Assembly (NCBI GenBank): GCA_976551045.1
Contig: CDPCPM010000076.1
Location: 31,310,001-31,374,000, forward strand
Length of the DNA: 64,000 nt
Source: Glaucostegus cemiculus
Taxonomy: Eukaryota
Direction: 5' to 3'
Shown here: piece after piece, positions 39,600 through 51,743 of the stretch
Numbering within the stretch: the first letter of the stretch is position 1
Layout: each line of letters begins with the position of its first letter
Notes under the pieces: generated by a model
The model's input: only the letters and a program-made list of their open reading frames with translations
Told to the model about the DNA's origin: nothing
The model's database searches: none
Program-made: the position numbers and the translations under genes

Positions 39600-39752
39600 C
39601 AGAACAATACTATGAATACTCAACAAGTCAGGCAGCAGAGAGAGAGAGGAAAACAGAGATTATTAATCTGAAACACTAACTATGCTGCTCTCTGCACAAA
39701 CACTGCCTGATGTGTTAGGTACTTCCAATATTTTCTGCTTTTAATTCAGAAA
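39600..39752. mobile_element. Decayed PLE fold-back unit
   Basis: aatactcaacaagtcaggcagcagagagagag ... ctctctgcacaaacactgcctgatgtgttaggtactt. Confidence 0.5.
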
Positions 39753-41469
39753 ATTAACAGAATGTATTGTGGAATAATGAGCAAATAAATGAGCAAGTCT
39801 TTATCTCCCACTCGTGAAAGTTATAGAATAGCTGCAATATATGTAATATTGCAAAATGACAGAGAACAAAAGGAATAGATTTGCTCCATTATACCCATGT
39901 CAGAAATATAACACGTGTAAAAAATATAATTTTCATTGCACAAGACATATAGTGTAGTACAGAATATAGTAATCTGAACCAAGAAATATATAAAATTATA
40001 CTGATTATTTAATTAGAAGTACATTAGGAACAAACAGTTCAGAAATACATCTCAGGTGTAATAGCCAACTCCCTCTGAGGGCATGGGTCAGTGAGTACTT
40101 GACTGGCCAGATTTGTCATGCTCACTCTGATTTTTTTTAGACTCATATAACCAATCCACAGGCTAGCTCTTAAAGCAGTGATGACTGACCAGTTAATGAA
40201 ATGTGTCTGATCCAAGTAAGTGTACAATCTGTCTGAATTGCCACTGAAGTCATAATGGCACTGCCTCTCCCTTTCTTTCTTGTTTGATGTGGAATGTATT
40301 CATGTTATCAGCATTGTTATGCTCTTGAACAGTTGCCAAGAAATATTATGAGAAGTTATTTCATGCTTAAATATTTCCAGGTCACTCCTTTGATACCAGA
40401 TTTTAGGTAATGTATTTCACAGATTGGAGCTTTTCCTGTTGTTTTTAAGTTCAACAGAAAAGGAATACACACACTGCAAACCAAGCATTTTACAGCAGAT
40501 GCTTTGAGAGCTTTGTAATTGGTCTAACGATGAGGTCTGTAGACTACCAAACAAACTTTAATACCTTGAATGGAATGGCACATGTATCAATGCCATGCTG
40601 AAGTTCAGATTAGAACCTTTTCTTACTGGCCTATAAGCTGGTGTGTTTCTAATTACACATGGTGAAACGCAGCACTCAATCAACCAGAGCTTAGAATCTC
40701 ATCTCAAATCGCAAGTGTCTTAAAGATAAATGACTGCCTGTTAATAATTCAGTGCTGCAGCATACTGATAATTAAAATGGTGTTATAGGCGTATTGCCTT
40801 TCAGTACTTCAAATGAGTGAATGTAAGCATATGTAGGGTATAGCCTTTATTGAAAAAAGACACTGCCTACGCAAAGTCTGCTGAAGTAGTCAGGTTTTTC
40901 ATTGGCATAATTAAAAAATAAAACTATTGACTATCAGAAATAAGGTATTCTCTTTTTATTGCAGTTATTTATTTTATGCACTCTCCAATCACCGTTTCAA
41001 ATGCCATGAGTTACTGATGATTATATTCCAGTGTACAAAGTACCAACCCCCTGCCCTGGCAACAAGCATGCTCTGCCCGGAAACAATGTAAGTAGCACAA
41101 TGTCAGGAATGCAATATTCAGCTGGTCTTTGCTTCATTTGGTTTCCTTCACTTGTGCTAATGACAAGAATTGCTGAGTTATTCCACAGTAATGATATGCA
41201 TATTCTCTCCCTAACCATTTCAGTTGTTCCACACTGTGATGACTACTCAATTCACTCTGATTCTAAATAATTATATGAATAAAATCAACATTTTTTTTCC
41301 TCAAACTATGGTGATCCAACTGTATTCTTCAGCCTAGGTATTTTCATACCACTCACCTTTGTTATCCTATCTTTCTTTCCTATTGTGTCTATACCCATCA
41401 TGGGCTGACACTTCCAACAATGTCATCTTAGTTGACCTAATCACCCAGTGGAATAGAAAAACAGACAAA

Positions 41470-41838
41470 CATGCATTTATATAGCACATTTCACATCCTT
41501 ATCAGGAAATCCCAAAGCTTTTCAGCAAATGAAATACTTTTGAAGCATCGCAACATAATGGTGACACACTGATCTGCTTTAGTAAACATTGACCAATCCA
41601 TCAGGAATCAGTCCTCTGCTTTTCCTCAACAGAATGTCATTTTATATCAGATCGAGAAGGCAAACTAAGCCTCAGTTTAACTTGTCTGAAACACGGCAGC
41701 CCTGACAGTGCAGGATACCTTTAGCAGTGTGCCATAGAATCAGCCTACAGTTGTGTTATTAGGGTGTCTTGAGTGGGACAAACAACAATCTTTTGATCTG
41801 GAGGCAAGAAGTCTTATCAACTGAGCCACAACTGACAC
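41470..41838 (-). mobile_element. SacSINE1-like Deu-SINE (tRNA head, Deu domain, 3' tail), decayed
   Basis: Tail atgcatttatatagcacatttcaca, Deu-domain-like gcctcagtttaacttgtctgaaacacggcagccctgacagtgcagga, and head tcaactgagccacaactgaca. Confidence 0.7.
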
Positions 41839-43099
41839 CATCATTCTCACTGCAGTCCAGAGAGACCATTTCCAGTTCTTGATACATACAAGCTTCCTTC
41901 AGAAACTCAGTCTTGACATTCTCTATATGTTGTCTATGCAAGGATTAGTAGGACTTCCTGGAGTCTGAGGCACCCTTAAGCGGTCATCCACCGTTGTCTT
42001 CTACAAGGTATCTATCATAATGTACAGAGAACAAAACAGAACAGATGACTACTAGGAAGACTGTAAAGTAAAGCACAATCACAAGACCAGGTTTCCTGTA
42101 CGAGTTCTCAGGAGCTGTTTCAAATTGTGAGAGGGGTCCTTGGTTGGAAGAACTCAAATGTGTGCAATCCTGCCAAAGGCTATGTCACCCTGTACTGTTC
42201 TCATCATGTCCAGTCTTTTTGGTGCACTACCATTTCTAGGATGAGGACATCTGAAAGGCTTCACCTATGCTTGCTTAAATTCACTTTATAGGTGTAGATC
42301 AGTGAATTATTTCTTGTTGCATACAAGTAGAAAGATTTTTAGTTTTTATGCCATGGTCACATTTTAAGCAAAGTCCCTTCCCAAAACTTAGTAAAGCAAC
42401 TAAGAACTCACCCAGGCAACTTGGTCTCCTGTTTCCATCAGATCTTCATAAGAGACTAGATTGACCAGCCTGGGATGATCTTCCTTCTGGCTTAGTATCC
42501 AGTTTTCTATGAGAGAGGTGCTGATAATAATGATTTGGTTGGGAATTTTCATATTCTTTGATTGAACTTTGATCCAAAATCTAAATTACCCATTTTAAGG
42601 CACTTACTAACTCAGAGATGAAAATCAGGATTACTGTAGCTTTATTTGGTATGCAGATTATAATTAAAATTATTTCCCATGAGTCAGAGTCAATGTGAAA
42701 TTATGTGAACTATTTTATATTACTATTTTCTTCAGTATTAGATGTTTATGCAGGTTAGATTCAGCTAATTATGTGGATGATTGACTGAAATAACTCTGTA
42801 GAAACATTTGGGTCTTTTCAGCACATGTTAATTTAGCATCGAGATCTTAAAAAACCTAAAGGCAAAGTAGATGTCAGGTAAATTGATCTTCTTTGTTGTT
42901 TTTTCCCCCACTTGTATTTCATCCTGAATATCAGACTGTCTGCTCTCTAGATTCTGTTTGCACCTTTAAGTCAGCCAGCATAGGTGTGTCTTCCTGCAGA
43001 GAGACTCCTTTTGTTGTCTTGTTCAGGGCCATGGTGTTCATTGTTTGGTCAGTGTACAGACACATGTCTGTGTGAACATCCACATCAACCACAATACTG

Positions 43100-43264
43100 A
43101 GGAGACACAAGAGACTGCAGATGCCGGAACTGGAAGCAAACAGCAAAGTGCTGGAGGAACTCAATGGGTCATGCAGCATCTATGGAGCGAAATGGACAAT
43201 CAACATTCATTTCCCTCCACAGATGCTGCCTGACCCATCGAGTTCCTCCAGTATTTTGTTTGTT
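43100..43264. mobile_element. PLE pLTR-derived palindromic unit with imperfect 13-bp TSD
   Basis: ctggaggaactcaatgggtcatgcagcatctatggagcgaaatg pairs with catttccctccacagatgctgcctgacccatcgagttcctccag. Flanks aaccacaatactg (43087-43099) and agccacaaaactg (43265-43277). Confidence 0.85.
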
Positions 43265-43689
43265 AGCCACAAAACTGGTATGTGCATTGCCACCTTTGAA
43301 GTTACCGCCCAGAAATTACACTGTTCTGCTACTTTAATACCACTGTTATATAATTAGAGTTCAAGGCGACAGCAAACTTTGTCTCTTAAACTTTCTTGAT
43401 CTGAATATGCATTCAGCACCAGAAAGGATTTCTACACTATTATGTTTTAAAGGAATCATCAACAACTTGTAGCTTAGTTGCCGATTGATTTCTGCTAGGT
43501 GTAGCAACATCTCTATGAGGATTTTTTTTTGTTTTTTATTTCTACAGTGAGTGCACGCCAAGCAGTGAAGCAATTTGTCTTAACTCTACAAGGCCTCTCC
43601 AAACACAATTGCTGCCAGACATGGTGCATCAACTGCTGTTTTCCTCAGAGTGAAGAGAAAATCATGAAAAGCAGCAGATTGGGCATGAT

Positions 43690-44640
43690 GCTGGAAGAGG
43701 AAGGAGCAGGGGAAGAGGGTCTCAGCAGAAGCTTCCTTCCATTAAGTGTGCTCTGGGATTGATGCACTGACATAAATATCAGCAATGCATCTGCACTGCT
43801 GTAAGGACATCCTCACTGAAATATGTCATGTCCTGTAGCCAACACTGCGATCTCAGAACAGGACAAGGACTGCATTGTCAATATCACAAACCATTAACTT
43901 TCATATGTCAACGTCCTTCCAGACTGGAGTTTGAAACATTTCCAGAATCTAATAATGCATCACCTACTGCATTATAAGACTAAAGATGCTCTTGATTCAA
44001 AAGAAGGCAAAGTACATTTCTTTTTCTCTCATCCAAGACCATCAGGCAGAGAGAGTGCATGTCTTCACAAGGGTTTTGTGTGGAGCAGGGTTCCAACAAC
44101 TGCAGACGAGTGGCTTTGCAGACATTAAATTTCAGTTCAGGTGGCCCACTCATTCAGTGTTCAGCTGGTGTGTGACCAGACACAACAGTTCTCATGAACT
44201 TATTTCAAAGTACTTTTGACTGAAGCACAAGACCAAGTTGAATTCTTAGTTGCTGCTCCAAGCTCTGGAAGGAACCTGGCTGTATGCCTGGTATCTTCAA
44301 AGCAATCACGATGGCTTAATACTGAAACACTTCGCTATGCGACATGTACTTGAACCACAACACACCAAAGGGTGGCAACTGGGCAACAAGGGCTGTCTGC
44401 AAACCATATGGCTCTTGGCTCCCATCTCCAATGCACATGAATAAACAAGCCATACTGCCAATCAAAATGTGACAGAGTACACTTTTCGTAGCTGGCTAAG
44501 CAGCCCTGAAGTAGCTTTCTTTTACTTAGTACAGCTGGTGTCAAAGTTAGTGATCATCCCTGAATCCTGCACATCCTCACCATCGTGAGTGTATGACACC
44601 GGCTATACCATGAGCAGAACAGCAGAAGGAGGACGAGACA
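43690..44640 (+). pseudogene. Harbinger (HARBI1-like, DDE_Tnp_4) transposase pseudogene
   Basis: Collinear motifs ILTEICHVL*PTLRSQNRTRTAL, INFHMSTSFQTG, YISFSLIQDHQAER, HSFSVQLVCDQ (44147-44179), YLQSNHDGLIL and GWQLGNKGCLQTIWLLAP. Stops and frameshifts are present, GDKGY reads GNKGC, and the GAIDCTH motif is not seen. Confidence 0.85.
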
Positions 44641-44869
44641 ATGAGGAGGCAACCTGCCAGCCCCATTCTGACTATGATACAAAATCAAATCTCACATCCA
44701 CCGACAATTCCAGACCTTACTGACCCTCTGGTGCCGAACACCGCAAAGTTTGTTTGGTACAATACAAAAATAAAAGAAAACACCATAATAAACACTCTAA
44801 ATGAAATTTATAAATCAAAGACATATTAACTTAAACATAAAACTAATCAGCTTCATACAATCCCATAGT

Positions 44870-46140
44870 ACCTGCTCTCCACATGTCTGTCTGTGCTACC
44901 CAGTGACGAGTTGACAGCTTTGCTGAAGACTGCTGGAGAGGATTGTAGATTGATGTTACACTGAGCCAAGCCACCCACCACACTCTAAGAATGACACCTC
45001 GAAGCTCCGGTAACCTGCTGCAGGCAGGTTGCTAGGCTGATGTAAAACTACTGTGCTCTTTGGTGCTACACTTTGTTTCACAGTCTGAGTTTTCATGGTA
45101 GAAGTCTGAGCTTCCAGAGCAGCAGGCGAATGTTGAATGGCATCTGTTTGTGCTGGGTAGAAGCTGAGGAATCAAGGGAGAGCCGATCAGTACTGTAAGG
45201 TGGCACATCGCTGTAAAAGATCACTGTGAGCTCTTGAATCACAGTACAAGGACTGCAGTCCTGCTCCTGTTTCTATTTCTTGTATTCTGATGTCATTATG
45301 TTCCCAGATGTTGGCTTCAGATGGGAAACAGTGATTGGATCTCCAAATTATCACCTTGTCCATGCTGAAAATGCCCAAGCAAGGTCGGCACTGGACTTTA
45401 CCACACCTTTTCACTTTGCATACAGACCTTCTGGGCAGGTTTGACAGTGTACACCAAACCCATCAGCCTGATGAAGTTCACATCATCCCTTTCGAAGCAG
45501 ACCTGTGATTTGAGCTTGTCTTCCAGCACTTAGTCCCTCTGTTGATCTTATAGAAAAATAGGGGACTAGGTGGGAGGGAAGGGTTAGACAGATCATAGAG
45601 CAGGATAAAATGTCGGCACAACACTGTAGGCCGAAGGGCCTGTATTGTGCTGTAGTATTCTATGTTCTATGTTCTATCCCCTACACAGTCTCCAAGCCAT
45701 ATGCCCAGTGTCTCAGGATACAGATCCCACTTTGCAGTTAAATTACAAACACTGCCAATCTCTGAGATGGTGAACAAGAGTATTAAATCTTTTAATTGTA
45801 CTTCTACACTTGACTAATCAGATTACTGCTGTTCAAAAGGAGAAAGACACTGGGGTATGATTGTGAAATGGCCAATGCACTATCTGCAGACTGCAGATCT
45901 GAAGAGGAAAGAAGTGGAAGTGAACTGTAAGTACTAAGGCTGGGCATGAGAACACCATATAATCTATACCATTGTTGGCCTCAGTCCTGAAGCCAGACAC
46001 AGTCTCAGGAATGGCCACTGGCAACACAGCAGACAGCATTTCCTCCATAGGAGGAGCAAGAAGATGCAGCCCTGCCTTTCTACCAACAGTCAGCAGCTGC
46101 TACCGATAATTATTCACCACCTTGTCCTACAAGAGAGAGG
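44870..46140 (-). pseudogene. Harbinger Myb/SANT accessory gene relic, convergent with the transposase
   Basis: Exon 46126-45970 has intact AG/GT borders and reads DKVVNNYR*QLLTVGRKAGLHLLAPPMEEMLSAVLPVAIPETVSG. The next acceptor is ctttcctcttcag at ~45899. Confidence 0.65.
45553..45676 (+). mobile_element. CR1 3'-end fragment
   Basis: ggccgaagggcctgtattgtgctgtagtattctatgttctatgttctat tail. Confidence 0.85.
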
Positions 46141-46435
46141 AAAATGTGTCGGTGAATCTTGTACATGTGCTTGTTTCTACATGTTGAACGAGCTAGGGCT
46201 TTTCTCTTTAGAGAGAAGGAAGATGGTTACTTGATAGATATCTCTATTTGTCACATGTACATCGAAACGCGAAGTGAAATACATCTTTTTGCGTAGTGTT
46301 CTGGGGGCAGCCCGCAAGTGTCGCCGCGTTTTCGGCACCAACATAGCATGCCCACAGCTTCCTAACCTGTACGTCTTTGGAATGTGGGAGGAAACCGGAG
46401 CACCTGAAGGAAACTCACACAGACATGGAGAGAAC

Positions 46436-48352
46436 ATGAAAGCTAAAATAAGAGCAAAAGGGAGGGCATATAAGGTAGCAAGAAAAAGCGGAAAAACAGA
46501 AGACTGGGAAACTTTTAAGAACCTACAGAAAGAAACTAAGAAGGTTATTAGAAAAGAAAAGAGAAATTACGAAATGAAATTGGCAGAAAACATTCAAAAG
46601 GATACTAAGAGTTTTTTTAAATATATAAGAAGCAGAAGAGAGACGCGGGTTGATATAGGACCGATAGAAAATGAGGCGGGAGAGATTATTATGGGTGATA
46701 AAGAGATGGCGGAGGTGCTAAATCAGTATTTTGCGTCGGTCTTCACGGTAGAAGATATTAACAATATACCGGTTAGTCAAGGGTCTCGAGGGACGGAATT
46801 AAAGACAGTTAAGGTTACGAGAGAGAAAGTGTTGGGGAAGCTAAATGGGTTAAAGACTGATAAGTCTCCGGGACCGGATGAGATACATCCCCGTGTACTG
46901 AAGGAAGTAGCTCTAGAAATAGTGGAGGCATTAGTGATAATTTTTCAGGAATTGATAGACGCTGGAGAGGTGCCGGAGGACTGGAGGGTCGCGAATGTAG
47001 TTCCATTGTATAAGAAAGGTGGGAGACAACACAGAGGAAATTACAGACCTATCAGTCTTACATCTGTGGTGGGGAAGATACTAGAATCGATCCTCAAGGA
47101 TGAGGTGATGGGATACATGGAGGTGCAAGGCAAGATAGGTCCTAGTCAACATGGATTCATGAAGGGAAGATCCTGCCTGACCAATTTATTGGAGTTTTTT
47201 GAAGAAATCTCAGGCAGGGTGGACAAGGGAGAGGCCGTAGATGTAGTGTATTTAGACTTTCAGAAGGCATTCGACAAGGTGCCGCACAAAAGACTAATTA
47301 GTAAGATGAGAGATCACGGAATAACTGGCAGGATAACAGAATGGGTGGAGAGTTGGCTGGATGGCAGGAAGCAGAGGGTGGGAATAAAAGGATCGTGTTC
47401 TGGTTGGCTGCCGGTTACTAGTGGTGTTCCGCAGGGGTCGGTGTTGGGGCCCCTTCTTTTTACCTTATATATTAATGATTTAGACGAAGGAGTCAATGGG
47501 TTTGTGGCCAAGTTTGCAGATGACACTAAGATTGGGGGAGGAGTGGAGAGTATTGAGGAGACAGGAAAGTTACAGAGAGACTTGGATATTCTAGGAGAAT
47601 GGGCGAAGAAATGGCAGATGAGGTTCAACGTGGAAAAATGTGCAGTTGTACACTTCGGAAGTAGAAATGGAAGGGCAGACTATTATCTAGAAGGAGATAA
47701 AATTGGAAGCACAGAAGTACAAAGGGACTTAGGGGTGCTCGTACAGGATAACCTAAAGGTTAACCGCCAGGTTGGATCGGCAGTAAGGAAAGCGAATGCT
47801 ATGTTGGCATTTATTTCGAGGGGTATAGTATATAAAAGCAAGGAAGTGTTGATGAGGCTATACGGGGCACTGGTGAGGCCTCACTTGGAGTACTGTGTGC
47901 AGTTTTGGGCCCCATACCTTAGGAAGGATGTGCTGATGTTGGAGAGGGTTCAGAGGAGATTTACTAGGATGATTCCTGGGATGAAAAAGTTTACATATGA
48001 CGAGCGACTGTCGTCACTTGGACTGTACTCGTTGGAGTACAGAAGAATGAGAGGGGACCTAATAGAAACGTACAGGATGTTGAAAGGAATGGACCAAGTG
48101 AATGTGGTCAAGCTGTTTCCCTTGGTGGGGGAATCCAGGACTAGAGGACACAAACTTAGAATTAGAAGAAGCAGGTTCAAAACAGAGATAAGGAGGAATT
48201 TCTTTAGCCAGAGGGTGGTGAACCTGTGGAACTCCTTACCACAGAAAGCAGTGGAAGCCAGATCATTGGGGATATTCAAGAAGGAAATTGATAGATATCT
48301 AATTGGTCAAGGTATCAAGGGATATGGAGATAAGGCAGGGATTTGGACTTAG
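46436..48352 (+). CDS. CR1 ORF2 fragment: intact reverse transcriptase and C-terminal domain, no endonuclease (638 aa from the junction ATG)
   Basis: KSPGPDEIHPRVLKE, NYRPISLTS, YLDFQKAFDKV, GVPQGSVLGP, KFADDTK and RPHLEYCVQFW lie in one stop-free frame. The 54 codons upstream in the track ORF (46274) are antisense SINE. Expression is not shown. Confidence 0.85.
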   Translation: MKAKIRAKGRAYKVARKSGKTEDWETFKNLQKETKKVIRKEKRNYEMKLAENIQKDTKSFFKYIRSRRETRVDIGPIENEAGEIIMGDKEMAEVLNQYFASVFTVEDINNIPVSQGSRGTELKTVKVTREKVLGKLNGLKTDKSPGPDEIHPRVLKEVALEIVEALVIIFQELIDAGEVPEDWRVANVVPLYKKGGRQHRGNYRPISLTSVVGKILESILKDEVMGYMEVQGKIGPSQHGFMKGRSCLTNLLEFFEEISGRVDKGEAVDVVYLDFQKAFDKVPHKRLISKMRDHGITGRITEWVESWLDGRKQRVGIKGSCSGWLPVTSGVPQGSVLGPLLFTLYINDLDEGVNGFVAKFADDTKIGGGVESIEETGKLQRDLDILGEWAKKWQMRFNVEKCAVVHFGSRNGRADYYLEGDKIGSTEVQRDLGVLVQDNLKVNRQVGSAVRKANAMLAFISRGIVYKSKEVLMRLYGALVRPHLEYCVQFWAPYLRKDVLMLERVQRRFTRMIPGMKKFTYDERLSSLGLYSLEYRRMRGDLIETYRMLKGMDQVNVVKLFPLVGESRTRGHKLRIRRSRFKTEIRRNFFSQRVVNLWNSLPQKAVEARSLGIFKKEIDRYLIGQGIKGYGDKAGIWT

Positions 48353-48471
48353 AATAGTAGGGTGTTGTTGTTTTTTTTTCCACCCTCCCTTCCCTTTGGA
48401 GCAGACTCGATGGGCCGACTGGCCTGCTTCTGCTCCATTATCTTGTGATCTTGTGATCTTGTGATCTTGTG
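46438..48471 (+). mobile_element. Young 5'-truncated CR1 LINE
   Basis: Uninterrupted ORF2 C-terminal portion, 3' UTR with gggccgactggcctgcttctgctcc, (ATCTTGTG)x4 tail at 48440-48471, and many retained CpGs. Confidence 0.97.
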
Positions 48472-48565
48472 AATATACAAGCTCCTGACAGACAGTGGCT
48501 GGATTTGAACCTGGGTCACTGGCACTGTAAAGTGTTATGCTAACCACTACACTACCACACCTGCC

Positions 48566-48928
48566 CGAGGTGTACAAGATGATAAGAAGCATAGATCACT
48601 TGGACAGGCAGAGACTTTTCCCAGGGCCACAATGGCTAATACGAGGGGACATAATTTTAAGGTGACTAGAGGCAGATATAAGGGGGATGTCAGGGGTAAG
48701 ATTTTTTATACAGAGGGTGGTGAGTGCATGGAACACACTGCCATCAGAGGTTGTGGGGGCGGATACATTAGAGACATTTAAGAGACTCTTAGAGAGACAC
48801 ATGAAAGATAGAGAAATGGGGAGCTATGTGGGAGGGAAGGATTAGATAGATCTTAGAGCAGGATAAAATGATGGCACAGCATTGTGGGCCGAAGGGCCTG
48901 TACTGTGCTGTAATGTTTTATGTTCTGT
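48566..48928 (+). mobile_element. CR1 3' fragment
   Basis: EVYKMIRSID...TRGHNFKV...FFIQRVVSAWNTLP and 3' end gggccgaagggcctgtactgtgctgtaatg. Confidence 0.9.
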
Positions 48929-48994
48929 GGTTGAACAGCTGCCACCATGTGCAAGCTGTGTGACTTAAATCTGAGTCCAGACCCACAACAATAT

Positions 48995-49160
48995 AATCAA
49001 AACAGAAAGTGCTGGATCTACGCAGCTGGTCATGCAGCATCTGCAAAAAAGAAACAGTTAACGTCTCAGGTCGAAGATTTTTGTCAATACCTGAGAATCA
49101 AAGTGTTTCTGGTGAACAGATCTAACATTTTCTGTTTTTATTTCAAATACCTGGCATTTC
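48995..49160. mobile_element. Decayed PLE fold-back unit
   Basis: aaaacagaaagtgctgga...gcagcatctg...gttaacgtctcaggtcgaag ... acattttctgtttttatttcaaatacc. Confidence 0.5.
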
Positions 49161-50559
49161 CTTTCTCATTCTCAGCTACAGCAACATTGTTCACTATCAA
49201 CTACCCACTGAACCAGTACTGCAGGCAAGAGCAGTTAAAGGTGAGCAAAAAGTACTAAATTTGCCAGCAACTCTGCATCTGAATAATATAAAAACTGTTT
49301 TTTTAATGTTTCTATGGAATCCTACTCTTTCTTGAGTAATGGATATCAAACCTCCCACTCTGTGTTGCATGATCACATTCAGGTTATTACACAAAGAAAA
49401 AATATCATCACACAGATCCTATCCTCACCATGTTTAACTCTCATGCTTTCTTGAAGCTCAGAGAGAAGGAAGTATACGTCTTAATCCAATAAGTACATTA
49501 ATATAAGAATCAAATCCATGTGTTTCAGATGCATTTAATGTGTTATACATGTGAGAAAATGCTAGACAAAGTGTAAAGGATGTAGGTGCAAGATTGCAAT
49601 CTTTTGCAAACATGTCTAATCAAATTCAGAGCCAACGTCATATAAATAAATGAAATATAACATTATACAATTCTGTACAAAATGAAATGATGTTGTACAC
49701 TGTTGACTTTAATACATTGACCTTTTTCAAAACTGTTCAATAACTTTTTCAGACAGCTATTCTGTTGCTGCAGGATTGTCATTGCCTTGAAAGATGGCGG
49801 AATGCCAAACAGAGCATTACAACACACTGGTGTTTCCTAAGAGATATGCTTATAAAAGCTGTACAGAATTCTGAACATTTATCTGCCTGTGAGAGCAGAC
49901 TCAAAATACAGCTCGAGATAGTTAACAGTATAGGCTAATTTAATATTGTGAATACACTTTTAACTGTTCCATTCTTAGTTGTGGGTTTAATCAGGAAATA
50001 ACTGTATTCTTATTGATAACATAAATGTGTAATCTTCAGCTAATTGTAATTCAATATGTGTTCAGTGAACATACCTGCTCAGCAAAACAATGAGTGGATG
50101 TTTTACCTTTCGTCTATTGCTGTGGGAGGTGTATGATGATTGCCTTTCCTCTTGACAACCACCATAACCTATTATTGCAATATCGGTACACGAGTTTTGA
50201 ATTAAACTTTTACCCTCATCAAATTAACTGCTTTCATTTTATTGGAATGTATAAATGGAGATTAACCAACATATGTGGGCAAAAGGTTATGCAATAAATT
50301 GCAATCAAATGTCAATATGACAAAGATCATCGTGACTTTGAAAAAGAAAAAAATAAAGTCATCCAACCTGGACAATCTCTGAATTAAAGAGACAAACCTG
50401 CAGTTATATTGAAGCTGTATTTACATCAGTTGTTTAGCATTGAATTATTGCCAATTTGTTTGGAATAAAATTTCTCCTCTCCTTTCTGAAGTCATTGATT
50501 CCTTGTTGGGTGCAGCAAACATCAGTCACACTCAGTGGCTGGAAGTCATTATTCACATT

Positions 50560-51110
50560 TGAGCCTCAGCATGGAATGTTGTCTGACTGTTGAAATTCGA
50601 GTGGCATCACATTCGAACCAGGCCCAGTTCTCTCTGGACATCCATACAAGTGCAATCAATGTCAAACTTCACCAGAGCTCTCAATACCTCTCCACTATCT
50701 ACAAGGCTCATGTGAGGAGAATGATGGATTACTCACCTCACTGCAACAATAATCAAGAGCCTCAACACTGTCCAGAGCAAAGCAGTTCACTTGATTGGTG
50801 CCCTTGCCAATGAATTCAATATGTCCTTCCTCCAATAGCATTATTGTCTTCAGTCTACAGGGGCACACTGTGGCAACTTGTTATTCACACTGAACAGCAC
50901 TGTCTCCTCTGTAACCAAGGTACCATCCAGGTAACTTGCCCATTTTTACTTGTCATTCCTTCATTTTGCAAGGACAAAACCTCAAAAATCGCATCATAAC
51001 AATCCTGAAAGCACCCTCAGCATGAGGACTCCAACAGTTCAAGCAGTAAGATCATAGGAGTGCATTGAGTTAGTTCAGACCAAATGCAGTGACCTTCAGT
51101 CCATGTATGA
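50560..51110 (+). mobile_element. Ancient CR1-like LINE 3' region
   Basis: LSTIYKAHVRRMMDYSP motif in ORF 50535-50813, with a degenerate 3' end. Confidence 0.55.
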
Positions 51111-51127
51111 AGACATCCCTGGTTTGC

Positions 51128-51260
51128 ATGAACCATAGAACCACAGAACAATACAGCGCAAAACAGGGCCTTCGGCCCACCTAGTTGTGCTGTCCTTCAA
51201 ACCTCACACGATCTAACTCTTTCCTCCCACATATCCCACTATTCCACATTCCTCCATGGA
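51128..51260 (-). mobile_element. CR1 3'-end fragment
   Basis: gaaccatagaaccacagaacaatacagc...ggccttcggcccac, as at 9356-9480. Confidence 0.85.
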
Positions 51261-51743
51261 ATCAGCTTTTCATGTGACAGGAGCAGAGGATTTTTTTTTT
51301 ACAATTTATTAATTACAATTTTCAGAATGCAGAATTTATTTAGATGGAATATGTGATTGTTATTCAGCCTATATTATAAACATGTACAATGCACAGATGT
51401 GTGTAACATGTGGAACTTCTTAGGTTAGGGATTGATTTTTTTAAAAAAAAGTATCATGCTATTCAAAAAAAAGCTGTTATAACTACCCACAACTGTATCA
51501 CTTACATTTCGTATGACTTTTGAGAACATATTTTTCAATCAACTGTTACCAAAACAAAATTAGCAAAAGCACTTCATTGTGCTGAGAAGGTCTATTACTC
51601 CTGACTAAGCCTGGAATAAATTAAATCAAAGTGGGGATTGAGACTGTCGTCAAAATGAATGCAAATTCCACACTTCTGGGATAAGGGAAATGTGATTGTC
51701 AACGTCAGTTAAATAGTGATTACTGACAAAATGATAAGCTTAT

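Larger units (their letters stand above)
46233..48562 (-). mobile_element. tRNA-derived SINE (same family as 13843-14805), split by a young CR1
   Basis: The 3' part at 46233-46437 and the 5' head at 48472-48562 (gctaaccactacactacc; gatttgaacctgggtc) rejoin into a complete copy. gaacat/gaatat flank the insertion. Confidence 0.88.

Noticed and set aside
41357-41435. Minus-strand exon ending at AAG|GTGAGT
   Set aside because: The donor is good, but the acceptor is poor and all frames contain stops.
46274-46435. N-terminal 54 aa of the 692-aa ORF as a novel domain
   Set aside because: It is antisense SINE sequence with a GTG start, in frame with the CR1 by chance.
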